Source: Anaerolineae bacterium
Lineage (GTDB): Bacteria; Chloroflexota; Anaerolineae; B4-G1; SLSP01
Direction of reading: 5' to 3'
Length of the DNA: 64,000 bases
NCBI GenBank assembly: GCA_034437215.1
Contig: DAOTVC010000079.1
Location: 17,845-81,844, forward strand
Of this stretch, positions 10,929 through 20,188 are shown piece by piece; within the stretch, counting starts at the first letter, position 1; each line of letters opens with the position of its first letter. Below the pieces are notes generated by a model. That model saw only the letters and a program-made list of their open reading frames with translations. It was not told the origin of the DNA and ran no database searches. The position numbers and the translations under genes are program-made.

Positions 10929-10964
10929 GGCTAGGTAGATTGGATGCCTAACCTTCATCAGTAG

Positions 10965-10993
10965 AATGCCCCACGTTGTCGTGGGGCATTTTC
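10965..10993 (+). terminator. Intrinsic terminator after spoVS
   Basis: AATGCCCCACG-TTGT-CGTGGGGCATT followed by TTC. Confidence 0.7.
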
Positions 10994-10999
10994 GTGTTC

Positions 11000-11983
11000 T
11001 TAAAGGTAGGGGAGTTCCAGAAAGAGCGATTCGACGAGCAGCCGGGTGTTGGCGTGGCGCCGCAAGGAGTCCAGGCTCCCCTCGAGAGCGCGTAAGAGGC
11101 GATCGGTTGTGGGAACATCTCCCTGCTCTGCAATGCGTTGCAGAGCCTGCTCCTGTTCCCGGTGAATTATGTGCTGCGCGCTACCGCTTTGCAGCAGGAG
11201 CACGTCGCGCCAGGCGCGACGCCAGTACTCGAGGGTCTGGGCCAGGAGGGTGTCATCCTTGGCCAGTTCCTGGGCAAGAGCAAACCGTGTGGGCAGGTCG
11301 CTACGTAGAACTTCGAAGAGGAGTTCGATCGCTCTCTCCATCTGTTCCATCTGCTGGGGCTGCGTTGTCGCGGTGACGGCCCATCCGAGCCGCCCGCCGG
11401 AAAGCCGCGCCAACTGGCGGGCACGCTCCTCCGGCACGTTCCAGCGCTCTTGGAGTCCTCGAGCGATGGTGTCGATATCCAAAGGGCGCAGGGGTAGGAG
11501 CCGGGTGCGCGAGACGATGGTGGGGAGCAGATTGTCGGCATCGCGAGCGAGGAGAATGAGGTGGGCGTAAGGCGGTGGCTCCTCCAGGGTCTTCAGGAGC
11601 GCATTGGCTGCACCGACAGTTGCCTCGTCGAAATTGAAGATAATGGCGATTTTGTAGCGCGTCTCGGCGGGCGTGAGGCGCAAATAGTGTTCCACCTCTC
11701 GGATCTGATCGATTTTGACCGCTTGCCCCTCTTCCTCAGGTGCTACGACCAGGAGGTCGGGATGGTTGCCCGACGCTACCCGGCGGCAGACCGAGCAGCG
11801 ACCACAGGGTCGTTGCTCGGCATGGGAACAGAGCAGGGCCTGTGCCAGGGTGAGGGCCAGAGTGCTCTTACCCACGTTCTCCGGCCCCGTGATGAGCAGG
11901 GCATGAGGAACCTCAGCCTGCATAACGGCTCTCTCCAGCTGTCGAACGATGGTTGTGTGCCCGATAATAGACCAGTGCTGCAC
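11000..11983 (-). CDS. holB: DNA polymerase III subunit delta'
   Basis: HALLITGP..VGKST, CxxC..CxxC zinc site, HPD, ANALLKTLEEPP, LLPTIVSR. Confidence 0.92.
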   Translation of the reverse strand: MQHWSIIGHTTIVRQLERAVMQAEVPHALLITGPENVGKSTLALTLAQALLCSHAEQRPCGRCSVCRRVASGNHPDLLVVAPEEEGQAVKIDQIREVEHYLRLTPAETRYKIAIIFNFDEATVGAANALLKTLEEPPPYAHLILLARDADNLLPTIVSRTRLLPLRPLDIDTIARGLQERWNVPEERARQLARLSGGRLGWAVTATTQPQQMEQMERAIELLFEVLRSDLPTRFALAQELAKDDTLLAQTLEYWRRAWRDVLLLQSGSAQHIIHREQEQALQRIAEQGDVPTTDRLLRALEGSLDSLRRHANTRLLVESLFLELPYL

Positions 11984-12034
11984 CGCGTTCCTCCTTCTAC
12001 GTTGGTGGCCTATAAAAAGCGAGGGATTCAGCGC

Positions 12035-12574
12035 CTAGGAGCAGAACGCTAGCGCCCTGCTGATCAGTGGTTGGGGCAAGGTGTCTCGATTCTCCTCCGT
12101 AACCTCCACCACGGTATAGATCGAAGCGGGGAGCTGGCGGAGGGCCTCCAGGAGCAGGGTGGGACGAACCACGATGAAGGCCACACAGAAGGTGGGCTCC
12201 TGGAGGAGAGTCAAGATCTTCACCCATCCCTGTCCCAACGTGAGCTCGAGGGGCCCCAATTCATCGAGCACGAAGATCTCTGTGGGAAAGGCGGCTTCGA
12301 GGGCGTGACTGCTCTGCACCATGGCCTCCGGATTCATCCGAAAGTGCGTCAACGGGATGCCCGCCTCGCTGTCAAAGGGGTAGGTCAAGCGATAGAGCCT
12401 ACCGTTGGGCAGCTCCTCAGCCTCGAGGGCATGGGGACCGACCGTTTGGGTGAGCAGCCCCGTAACCTGACGCCCTCGTTCCTGCAGATCCTGAACGAGG
12501 CGGCGACAGAGCGTGCTCTTTCCTCGCTGGCGTTCACCGGTGATGAGTATGATCTCTGATCTCTGCATGGGCAT
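12035..12574 (-). CDS. Small P-loop NTPase (NTPase_1/DUF2478-like)
   Basis: ITGERQRGKST Walker A, FVLDELGPLE Walker B. Confidence 0.75.
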   Translation of the reverse strand: MPMQRSEIILITGERQRGKSTLCRRLVQDLQERGRQVTGLLTQTVGPHALEAEELPNGRLYRLTYPFDSEAGIPLTHFRMNPEAMVQSSHALEAAFPTEIFVLDELGPLELTLGQGWVKILTLLQEPTFCVAFIVVRPTLLLEALRQLPASIYTVVEVTEENRDTLPQPLISRALAFCS

Positions 12575-12613
12575 CCGCTCATCCTGCGCTGGTCTCCCTG
12601 GAAAATAAGTAGG

Positions 12614-12670
12614 TTTGTAGTAGGCGCTTCAGCGCCGTACGTTCACGGCGATAAATCGCCTACTACGAAC
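12614..12670. repeat. REPIN-like inverted doublet of GTAG-type REP units
   Basis: TTTGTAGTAGGCGCTTCAGCGCC and the reverse complement of TTCGTAGTAGGCGATTTATCGCC; each unit has an internal GGCG...CGCC hairpin. Confidence 0.65.
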
Positions 12671-12716
12671 CCCGTTTTCGTCCTACGGTGGTGTCCCGTA
12701 GGAACATGTCGACTCT

Positions 12717-12747
12717 AAAGAAAAGAGGGCCGGTCATGCCGGCCCTC
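12717..12747 (-). terminator. ssrA terminator
   Basis: GAGGGCCGG/CCGGCCCTC stem with T-tract on the minus strand just after the tmRNA 3' end. Confidence 0.8.
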
Positions 12748-12750
12748 GAG

Positions 12751-13144
12751 TGGAGATGGCGGGAATCGAACCCGCGTCCGAAGAATTCCTCTGTGAACAT
12801 CTACGAGCATAGTCGGCACTTTAGGTCTCGTCTGGGAGGTCGTAGCCAACCGCGCCTTTCCAGACCAGCCGAAGGATCTTAATCTATCCTATCGGCGTCG
12901 GATAGACTGCACGCTGACTGTATGTCACCCATCTCCAACACACCAGCGAGATGCCGGAGGGGCGTGACCGGTATCCCGGTCAGGTTCTCAGGCTAGATGG
13001 CGGCTGCTTACGCAGCGACGGCCACCGGGGCCCAAGTGTTTGCCATAGTGTTGGCAGTTAAATGTTTGCTCCTGGGGTCACGGGAACGGAGCATCCCGAC
13101 TCGCAGTTCACAGCCAACCTTCCCCGTCGAAACCGATCATCCCC
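12751..13144 (-). ncRNA. ssrA: tmRNA (one-piece)
   Basis: 5' GGGGATGATCGGTTTCGACGGG; 3' GGGTTCGATTCCCGCCATCTCCA; tag frame 13055..13008 = ANTMANTWAPVAVAA*. Confidence 0.96.
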
Positions 13145-13150
13145 ACACGC

Positions 13151-13178
13151 ATTATACCAGAATCGACTGAATGATCAA
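13151..13178 (-). promoter_or_regulatory. sigmaA-type promoter of ssrA
   Basis: TTGATC-N16-TATAAT with TG extension, 6 nt from the mature 5' end. Confidence 0.7.
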
Positions 13179-13260
13179 GTTGCCCTGGAAGGGTCGAACT
13201 GCGCGCTTTTGTGGAGCGATACTTGCTCTTTTCTTACTCGTCTCGTACAATGGTAGGCAA

Positions 13261-14091
13261 ATGGGCAAGATACTGGTTGCGTCTTCACATCGCGAGATCC
13301 GTAAACATCTGCGCTTGGCCCTCGAGTATGGGTGCGGGCTTGAACTCCAAGCTTTTGCCAATCCCGATCTCCTGGATGAGGGTTGGGAGGAGTTGTTGCG
13401 CGCCTATCGCCCACTGTTACGCGACTTTCCCCATCCTCTGACACTGCACGGTGCCTTCTTCGATCTGACGCCGGCGAGCATGGACCGCCGGGTGGTCGCA
13501 CTCACGGAGCAGCGTTACATGCTCAGCCTCGACATCGCTGCCGAGCTGGGGGCCTCTCTCGTTATCTTTCACACTAACTTCTTCCCGATGATCCGCAGCA
13601 CCGCTTACCGCCGTCACTGGACCGAGAATCAGACGGAGTTCTGGCGAGGGATGGCCGAGGAGGCAGAGGTGCGAGGGCTTTCGATTGCCATCGAGAATAT
13701 GTGGGACCCCGATCCCTACGTGCTACGAGACCTCGTCCTTCGAGTGCAGCATCCGCGCATTGCGGCTTGCTTGGACGTAAGCCACATTTGCCTCTACCAG
13801 AATGGTGAGGCGCTGATGGAGGAGTGGTTCGACGTTCTGGAGCCCTACGTCGTTCACATCCACATCAACAACACCCAGGGTGTCCTGGATCAGCACCTGG
13901 CCCTTGACGTGCCCCAGGGGGCCATCGACTACACCGCTCTAGTGCCCCGCCTGTTGGCCTTTGAACGGGAGCCCGCCCTGGTGGTGGAGATCTCCGATCC
14001 CGACGCTTTGGAGCGCAGCCTCGTCTTCCTGGATCACCTGCTTGGATCGCGGTTTGGCAAGCAGCCGGCACCCGAGGAGACCAAACCCTAA
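13261..14091 (+). CDS. Sugar phosphate isomerase/epimerase (AP endonuclease 2 TIM barrel)
   Basis: LELQ, LHG, FH, IAIEN, CLDVSH, HIHINN metal-binding pattern; ATG 13261 preferred over ORF-track start. Confidence 0.82.
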   Translation: MGKILVASSHREIRKHLRLALEYGCGLELQAFANPDLLDEGWEELLRAYRPLLRDFPHPLTLHGAFFDLTPASMDRRVVALTEQRYMLSLDIAAELGASLVIFHTNFFPMIRSTAYRRHWTENQTEFWRGMAEEAEVRGLSIAIENMWDPDPYVLRDLVLRVQHPRIAACLDVSHICLYQNGEALMEEWFDVLEPYVVHIHINNTQGVLDQHLALDVPQGAIDYTALVPRLLAFEREPALVVEISDPDALERSLVFLDHLLGSRFGKQPAPEETKP

Positions 14092-14515
14092 GCGTCTGTA
14101 AGAAAACAACTTTCCGACGGTGGATGCTTGGGGAGCGTAACGAACTTCTGGAAGTGCTGGAGGCGCACAGCCCTCAAACGAGTCAGGAGGAGTTGTTTCA
14201 TCCTAACTCCAGAGATGTCGGGAAGTTATACTTTTACGAACCCTAAGTCTCCTGAGGGTATCACTTTCCGCCGTCGCCAGGGTCAGGTTTACAGGGAGTA
14301 AACGGTTCGCGTTGGAGATCTGCGAGCCTCAGGCGCTTTCCGAATCTGGGCTCTCCAGGATTTCGCAGGGTACAACAGGGTCATTTGCCACACGTTGCCT
14401 GCCACAACGCAGGAAAGGTCTGGTACGCCCCACCGCAGCAGCCATGTGGGCTAGTTTTAGAGCTTCTCACCCCACCACCCGGCGAAACCCAAAAGACCCC
14501 GAATCTTGACCCCGC

Positions 14516-14992
14516 CTACGTCGATCTCCCTGCTGCAGGGGCAAGCAGCTGGGACACCCTCTCTGCGATTGCCTCCAAAAGGAGGTGGTCGTCCTCGGTA
14601 AAGGGAGCAAGAGCGTGAGAGTCAATGTCCAGCTCCCCTATAACCTTACCCGCCGCGAAGATTGGAACCACAATCTCTGACTGAACCGCGGGGCTGCAGG
14701 AGAGATAGTTGCTCTCCTGGGTTACATCTTGAATGATGAAGGTAGCCTCGTTGGCTGCGGCTTGACCGCAGATCCCCGCTCCGAAGGCGATACGCGTGTG
14801 CTCGGTAGGCTCACCCACGTAAGGGCCCAGGACAAGCTCATGATCTACGGCGGGGTCGACGAGGTAGAAGCCGACCCAATCGTAGTGTTCAACTTCGTCC
14901 ACGAGCAGGCGGCAAATCTCTAGCAGCTTCTGCTCTGTCGTGTGGGGGGTGCTGACGACTCCCTCTACTTTATCCAACAGGTCCCTTCGCAT
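14516..14992 (-). CDS. GAF domain protein, free methionine-(R)-sulfoxide reductase-like
   Basis: YDWVGFY, LGPYVG, I.FG.GICG.AA, Y.SCS...QSEIVVP, GELDIDS; GGAGG SD before 14992. Confidence 0.85.
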   Translation of the reverse strand: MRRDLLDKVEGVVSTPHTTEQKLLEICRLLVDEVEHYDWVGFYLVDPAVDHELVLGPYVGEPTEHTRIAFGAGICGQAAANEATFIIQDVTQESNYLSCSPAVQSEIVVPIFAAGKVIGELDIDSHALAPFTEDDHLLLEAIAERVSQLLAPAAGRST

Positions 14993-15114
14993 CCTTACCT
15001 CCGCAGCGGATCTATCACAAAATCTCAAGGATACCGGTCGTACCCGTGTAAGCGGACAGCCCGTCTTCCTCGGCTCTACAGGAAGACGGGCTGTGAGGGG
15101 GACAGGCCGACGAA

Positions 15115-15279
15115 TTACTCCTCGTAGGGTTCAAACATGTCCTTGGTCACGCCGCACTCGGGGCAGACCCAGTCATCGGGAATATCCTCAAATGAGGTCC
15201 CCGGTTCGACACCGCCATCGGGGTCGCCGACCGCCGGATCGTAGATGTACCCACACACAGTGCACTCCCACTTCTGCAT
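15115..15279 (-). CDS. Rubredoxin
   Basis: [15 protein letters not shown]...[11 protein letters not shown]; AAAGGAG SD. Confidence 0.97.
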   Translation of the reverse strand: MQKWECTVCGYIYDPAVGDPDGGVEPGTSFEDIPDDWVCPECGVTKDMFEPYEE

Positions 15280-15402
15280 GTCATAGCTCCTTTCTCTGAG
15301 AACTGTTGAGTTGCCGGGCAACGCCGGGTTGGCCTGGCGAAGATGCCTCACTACCTAGCTCCAGGCAGTGGTTGGTACCTTCACCGTAGACCTTACTCAC
15401 CG

Positions 15403-15430
15403 ATTATAGAAGATCCAGGAGGCTTGTCAA
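15403..15430 (-). promoter_or_regulatory. Consensus sigmaA promoter of rubredoxin
   Basis: TTGACA-N16-TATAAT. Confidence 0.8.
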
Positions 15431-15705
15431 CGCTGTCGGTCTTTACCTGGAGGGCGTCGGGGGGCATGGGCTCGCGGGTGACCTTCCTCATATGACGTCC
15501 TTCAAGGGTGTGTAGTACTGAAGCGTTATATCAAAGCACGAATGTTCTAATTGCGGAAACCGCTCTTTTACTGTAAAATAAAGGTAAGAAAACACGCTGT
15601 GTGGATCAGCACAGCGTGGATTTGTCTTGTCACAAAAAACGAACTCGCATATCCATCCTCTAGAACTTAGTTGTGACGCGGGGGTTCCGTGACAGGCTGA
15701 AAGCG

Positions 15706-16683
15706 ATGAGAGTGAGACGTTCTATCCCACGACTATTCACTTTGCTGCTACTGTGTCTAATAGCAGGGCTTCCTGTCTTTGAGGCTGCAGCTCAAGGAGG
15801 GGGGCCAATATACTTCGAGGAGACGCAACATACACTCGAGGGCATCTTCCTTGAATACTTCGAAGAGCATGGTGGGGTTGAGGTCTTTGGTTACCCTATC
15901 AGCGAGCCCTTTCTGGATGGCGGAATCCGCGTCCAGTATTTCCAGAAGGCGCGTATGGAAGAACACCCCCTCAATCCCGAGCCCTACGTGGTACAGCTGG
16001 GCCTGCTGGGGGATCAACTCAACTACCGCCAGCCTCCTATCCCGCGCCCCACCTTTCCCTCGAGGCGCCGGCACTACTTCCCCGAGACAGGTCACATAGT
16101 CTCCTACGCTTTCCTCGACTACTTCAAACAGCGGGGGGGGGTCGACGTCTTCGGCTTTCCCATCACCGAGATGCACTTCGAAGATGGGCATATCGTCCAG
16201 TACTTCCAGCGCCTGAAGCTGGAGTGGCATCCGGAGGATACCCTCTCCCCCGTCCACGTCGGCAATCTGGGTGAGATCTACGTCAACGCCTATCGCGACC
16301 GCTTCCCCATGGCGGCGTTTGAGCCGGTGCCGCAGGTGGCTCGACCCAATCCTAATCCCGTCTCTGCGGTCACCTCCCTGCGTGTTGTTGTCTCCGTGCG
16401 TTTCTCCGTACTCTTGGTAGGGCGTGAGGAGAGCCAGATTGTCTCGGTCTTGGTAACCGATAACGGTGGGGAGCCGGTGGAGAACGCCCAGGTATTGATT
16501 CAGCTCCAGGAGGATACCGGAGAAGTTCTCAACACGGTGACGACCTTGACCGATGCGCGCGGTTTTGCTCGTGTTGCTGTCCCTGTCGCCGGTGCTCAGA
16601 CCGGGGAGCAGGTGGTGGTGAGGGCGAACGTCTCTTTCAGTGGATTACAAGCGACGGACGAGAGTGTCTTCCTGATCTGGTAA
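15706..16683 (+). CDS. Secreted protein with Chloroflexi-type YF.ETGH repeats and C-terminal Ig-like domain
   Basis: Signal peptide; YFEETQH / FG.PISE / YFQKARME and YFPETGH / FGFPITE / YFQRLKLE repeats; beta-rich C-terminus. Confidence 0.75.
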   Translation: MRVRRSIPRLFTLLLLCLIAGLPVFEAAAQGGGPIYFEETQHTLEGIFLEYFEEHGGVEVFGYPISEPFLDGGIRVQYFQKARMEEHPLNPEPYVVQLGLLGDQLNYRQPPIPRPTFPSRRRHYFPETGHIVSYAFLDYFKQRGGVDVFGFPITEMHFEDGHIVQYFQRLKLEWHPEDTLSPVHVGNLGEIYVNAYRDRFPMAAFEPVPQVARPNPNPVSAVTSLRVVVSVRFSVLLVGREESQIVSVLVTDNGGEPVENAQVLIQLQEDTGEVLNTVTTLTDARGFARVAVPVAGAQTGEQVVVRANVSFSGLQATDESVFLIW

Positions 16684-16767
16684 CCGGGTTGGACAGGGCT
16701 CTCTGGTGGAGTCCGTAGGGAGAGTCCTTCCGAACATTCCCGGCGCACACGACTTCGAGCCCTCTGC

Positions 16768-16941
16768 TTACTCCGCCGATTCCTCGGAGAGGCCGAGGCG
16801 CGCCTTGAGGCGTTCGAGCCAGGACTTGCGCTGTACGCGGGGTTTCTCCCCTCGCAGATTGCGCAGTCGTCCCACTGCACGGCGGAGACGCTGCATACGC
16901 GCAACTTGACTCTCTTTTCCTGATGTCTCTTGCTTGGTCAT
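16768..16941 (-). CDS. Small basic protein, 57 aa (not in ORF track)
   Basis: MTKQETSGKESQVARMQRLRRAVGRLRNLRGEKPRVQRKSWLERLKARLGLSEESAE*; AAGGAG SD. Confidence 0.6.
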   Translation of the reverse strand: MTKQETSGKESQVARMQRLRRAVGRLRNLRGEKPRVQRKSWLERLKARLGLSEESAE

Positions 16942-17086
16942 AGACTGTCTCCTTAAAAATCCGGGTCACCCAGAGATCGTACCTCAACTTCCACACCAGA
17001 ACAAATCGGAGTGGGAGGATGAAATCTGAACTGTGGTCTTGGAGTGCTACCCCTGAGCCTTGAAGGTTCTCTCTCACACCTACGGA

Positions 17087-17890
17087 CTAGGTCTCTTCAG
17101 GTACCTCTGTCGACGCGAAGACGTAGCCCACGCCCCGTACATTGAGGATGTAGCGGGGATGGGAGGGTACGGGTTCCAGTTTGCTGCGCAGGCGCCGGAT
17201 GTGAACCCTGATGATCGAGCGCGCTCCCCAGGGATCGGCCTCGTAACCCTGGGCACAGCGCACTAACTCCTGAGGGGTAGCGACCTCATCAGGCTGCCGC
17301 ATCATGCACTCGAGAAGCCGAAACTCTGTCGGGGTGAGATCGATCCGCTCCTCCCCACGCGCCACGATATGCTTGGCCCTGTCGATTAGAACGCCGGCGA
17401 CCTGGAGGACATCGTCATCTGCGGGACGTTCGGGAGCCAGGGGCGTGTTCTCACTCTCGACCAACTCCCGGACGGTATCCTGCAGTCGCTCCACCAAGGT
17501 CTGGCGATGCCGTTCCTTTTCGACCTCTCCCAGGCCCTGACGGACGGTCTCGAGGATATCTTCCACCGGACAGGGTTTGAGTAAGTAATCGTAGGCCCCG
17601 TGCCGCAGAGCCTGGATGGCCGTCTCGAGGGTGGCGTATCCGGTAATCAAGATGATGATCGTGTGGGGGTGCTCTTCGTGGACGGATTCCAGAACCTGGA
17701 GTCCGTCCATGCCGGGCAAGCGCAGATCGAGGATCAGCATATCGAAGGGATCCTCTTCCTCCATCAGATCCAAAGCCGCCTCTCCCGAGGCTGCCAGGGC
17801 TACCCGATACCCTTCCAGGCGAAGAACCTCCCCCAGCGTGATACGTTCTGCAGCTTCGTCATCGACAACGAGGATACTTGTCTCTGTCAT
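17087..17890 (-). CDS. OmpR/PhoB family response regulator
   Basis: LVVDDE, LILDLRLPGMDG, AYDYLLKP, LTPTEFRLL, HIRRLRSKLE, RGVGY. Confidence 0.94.
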   Translation of the reverse strand: MTETSILVVDDEAAERITLGEVLRLEGYRVALAASGEAALDLMEEEDPFDMLILDLRLPGMDGLQVLESVHEEHPHTIIILITGYATLETAIQALRHGAYDYLLKPCPVEDILETVRQGLGEVEKERHRQTLVERLQDTVRELVESENTPLAPERPADDDVLQVAGVLIDRAKHIVARGEERIDLTPTEFRLLECMMRQPDEVATPQELVRCAQGYEADPWGARSIIRVHIRRLRSKLEPVPSHPRYILNVRGVGYVFASTEVPEET

Positions 17891-19506
17891 GTGCGCTCCT
17901 GATGGTATGCCGGCAGTTGAACGATGAAGGTGGCGCCACCGTTGGGAGGGCTCTCTACTGTAATCGTGCCACCATGACGCTCGATGATTCCGTAACTGAT
18001 CGCCAGTCCCAGTCCCGTACCCGTAGGCTTGGTCGTGTTGAAGGGTTCGAAGAGATGCTCCCGGGCCTCCGGGGCGATGCCCGGCCCGTTGTCGCGGAAA
18101 GCGGCGATGACGCGATCATCTTCGGCGTGGTAGGCGGTCCCTACCCAGAACTGTCCACCCTTCTCCATGGCCTCGATGGCATTGATGATGATGTTGAGAA
18201 AGACCTGAGTTAGCTGGTTCTTGGAGCCCCAGACTGCGGGGATCTCGGCCTCGAAGCGGGTGACGTGGGAGATGTGGGCCTGCTGAAAGCGCTTGTTGGC
18301 GATATTGAGTGCGTCGCGGATGGCTTCGTTGATGGAGAGGGACTTGAGCAGGCCGGAGGCAGGACGGTAGAAGTCGAGCATACGACGAACGATGTGGACG
18401 AGGCGCTCGACCTCCTGTTGAGCCATCTCCAGGTAGTGCTGTCGTCGCTTCTCGTTCACATTCGGATGGGCTGCCAGGTGCATCGTATTCTGGATGGCTT
18501 GGAGCGGGTTGTTGATCTCGTGGGCAATGGAGGCTGCCAAACGCCCCACCGCAGCCATCTTCTCCGCCTGGATGAGCTGGTTCTGGGAGCGTTCCAGTGC
18601 CTCGGCAAAGGCGGTCAACTCCCCGTAAAGCCGGGCGTTCTCCACGGCCGTGGAGAGGTTAGCTGCCACGTTCTCGAGCAGTGGGAGCTGGTCGCCAGAG
18701 AGGGTGTGGGCTTCACCGATGACCACGAGCAACCCGACCGGTTCATCGTAAGTCAGCAGAGGGGTAAAGAGCAGGTCGAGGGGGCTGCTGTCCAGAGCTT
18801 CCGACCAGAAGCTCTCCACCACGGCTCTCTGTAGGACGGGTCGCCGGGTTGCAAGGGCCTCCTTGGCCGCTCCGTCCACGCTGATCACACGCCCTTCCAG
18901 CCAGGAGCCCTCCGGTGAGCGTGCATTGCGCACCATCCAGGTGTCGGTCTCTTCATCATTGAGCACGATGGCCAAAGCTTGGACGGTCAATAGGTCATTC
19001 AGCCCTTCCAGCGCCGCTTTCAGCACGCGGTCGAGTTCCAGACTGGAGGTCATGTGGTTGTTGATACGATTGAGCGCCGCTAGATCCTGATTGCGCCGGC
19101 GTAGCATCCGTTCCGTGTGGCGAATGCGCAGGACGACCTTCACTCGGGCGAGGAGCTCTTGGGCATCGAAGGGCTTGGTGATATAGTCGTCGGCTCCCAG
19201 CTGGAGCCCCCGCGTCTTATCTTGAATGTGCCCTACCGCCGTGAGGAGGATCACGGGAATCTGCTGCAACTCGGCATCGCTCTTCATCTGCTTCAGCACG
19301 TAGAAGCCATCGACCCCCGGAAGTTTCACGTCCAGCAGGACGGCGTCAAAACAACGGGCGGCTTCCGCTTCTCGACGGAGCTCTGCCAGGGCCTCCTCAC
19401 CGCTCTCGGCCACCAGGACCTCACAGGGAACGGTAGCCAGGATATCGCGGACGAGACGGATGACTTCTGGATTGTCATCAACGATCATCACTCGGGGTTG
19501 TGCCAT
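17887..19506 (-). CDS. Cytoplasmic hybrid histidine kinase (REC-GAF-HisKA-HATPase)
   Basis: IVDD, LLDVKLPG, GADDYITKP; SIAHEINNPL; N-box QVFLNIIINA, DNGPGI, GTGLGL; GAGGAG SD before 19506. Confidence 0.93.
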   Translation of the reverse strand: MAQPRVMIVDDNPEVIRLVRDILATVPCEVLVAESGEEALAELRREAEAARCFDAVLLDVKLPGVDGFYVLKQMKSDAELQQIPVILLTAVGHIQDKTRGLQLGADDYITKPFDAQELLARVKVVLRIRHTERMLRRRNQDLAALNRINNHMTSSLELDRVLKAALEGLNDLLTVQALAIVLNDEETDTWMVRNARSPEGSWLEGRVISVDGAAKEALATRRPVLQRAVVESFWSEALDSSPLDLLFTPLLTYDEPVGLLVVIGEAHTLSGDQLPLLENVAANLSTAVENARLYGELTAFAEALERSQNQLIQAEKMAAVGRLAASIAHEINNPLQAIQNTMHLAAHPNVNEKRRQHYLEMAQQEVERLVHIVRRMLDFYRPASGLLKSLSINEAIRDALNIANKRFQQAHISHVTRFEAEIPAVWGSKNQLTQVFLNIIINAIEAMEKGGQFWVGTAYHAEDDRVIAAFRDNGPGIAPEAREHLFEPFNTTKPTGTGLGLAISYGIIERHGGTITVESPPNGGATFIVQLPAYHQERT

Positions 19507-19585
19507 AATTCTCCTCATCTGGAAAAAGTATACAGCGTTTTTTAGAATTGTGAATTTAGGGGAGCTAAAGTGCTCCGGCTTCGGT

Positions 19586-19614
19586 TGAACCCACGATGAC
19601 TTGCCAAGGTATAT
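19586..19614 (+). promoter_or_regulatory. Putative ECF sigma promoter
   Basis: TGAACC-N17-GTATAT; same architecture as the motif upstream of the ECF sigma gene. Confidence 0.55.
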
Positions 19615-19793
19615 ATGTTGTATTACAATAATCTCGTCTGTCTGCAGGCGGGCTATTTTGGTTCGATATATTGGTATCGCCACCTGCGGCGGCTGCGAGG
19701 TCTGGGTACAGTCAGTGAAGAAGGTAGTAGTTTCGGATAGTCAACTGGAAGGTGCTGGTAGAACCACGCAGCTGAGGCGAGATGGAGGTAGCT

Positions 19794-20042
19794 GTGGGCT
19801 CGCAGCAGATATTCTCTCAGGATATGCCTGACGATAGTTTGGAGCTGTTGATTCGCAATGTTCTGCGTGAGGGGACCTCTGCAAGAGGGCCTTCTACACA
19901 TCTATGGAGGCGCATCGTTAGCAAGGTTCGGTCACAACAGCGCGCTCGCCGATACGATTACGCCCGTCCCACATGGCAGCTTCCTTCGCAATCCATCCTG
20001 AGCGGATACTATCTTCTCACCTCACCTCTTCACGTTCTTTGA
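19794..20042 (+). CDS. Small hypothetical protein, anti-sigma N-terminus-like
   Basis: GGAGG SD + GTG; DDSLELLIRNVL...PSTHLWRRI resembles the ORF at 33153-33449. Confidence 0.6.
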   Translation: MGSQQIFSQDMPDDSLELLIRNVLREGTSARGPSTHLWRRIVSKVRSQQRARRYDYARPTWQLPSQSILSGYYLLTSPLHVL

Positions 20043-20188
20043 CTGAGAGCTTTTCAAATGTGGAAATACGTCTCTTACCTGGTATAATAGGCTTCAAGCC
20101 CTTGACAGAAGGAGGTGATGCGTAAGGAGAAGATGATCAAGTGTCCCATTTCGTAACCCTAAAAACCCAACTTTGGAGGAAGAACAAC

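Noticed and set aside
12035-12574. Thymidylate kinase (usual holB neighbour)
   Set aside because: Lacks Tmk motifs (EG.DG.GK, REPG, DR); matches a small NTPase family instead.
12700-12780. ssrA 3' end as an occupied island integration site
   Set aside because: It is followed directly by its terminator and housekeeping genes; no integrase and no duplicated 3' fragment seen in the window.
12751-12790. tRNA gene
   Set aside because: The T-arm/acceptor sequence belongs to the tmRNA.
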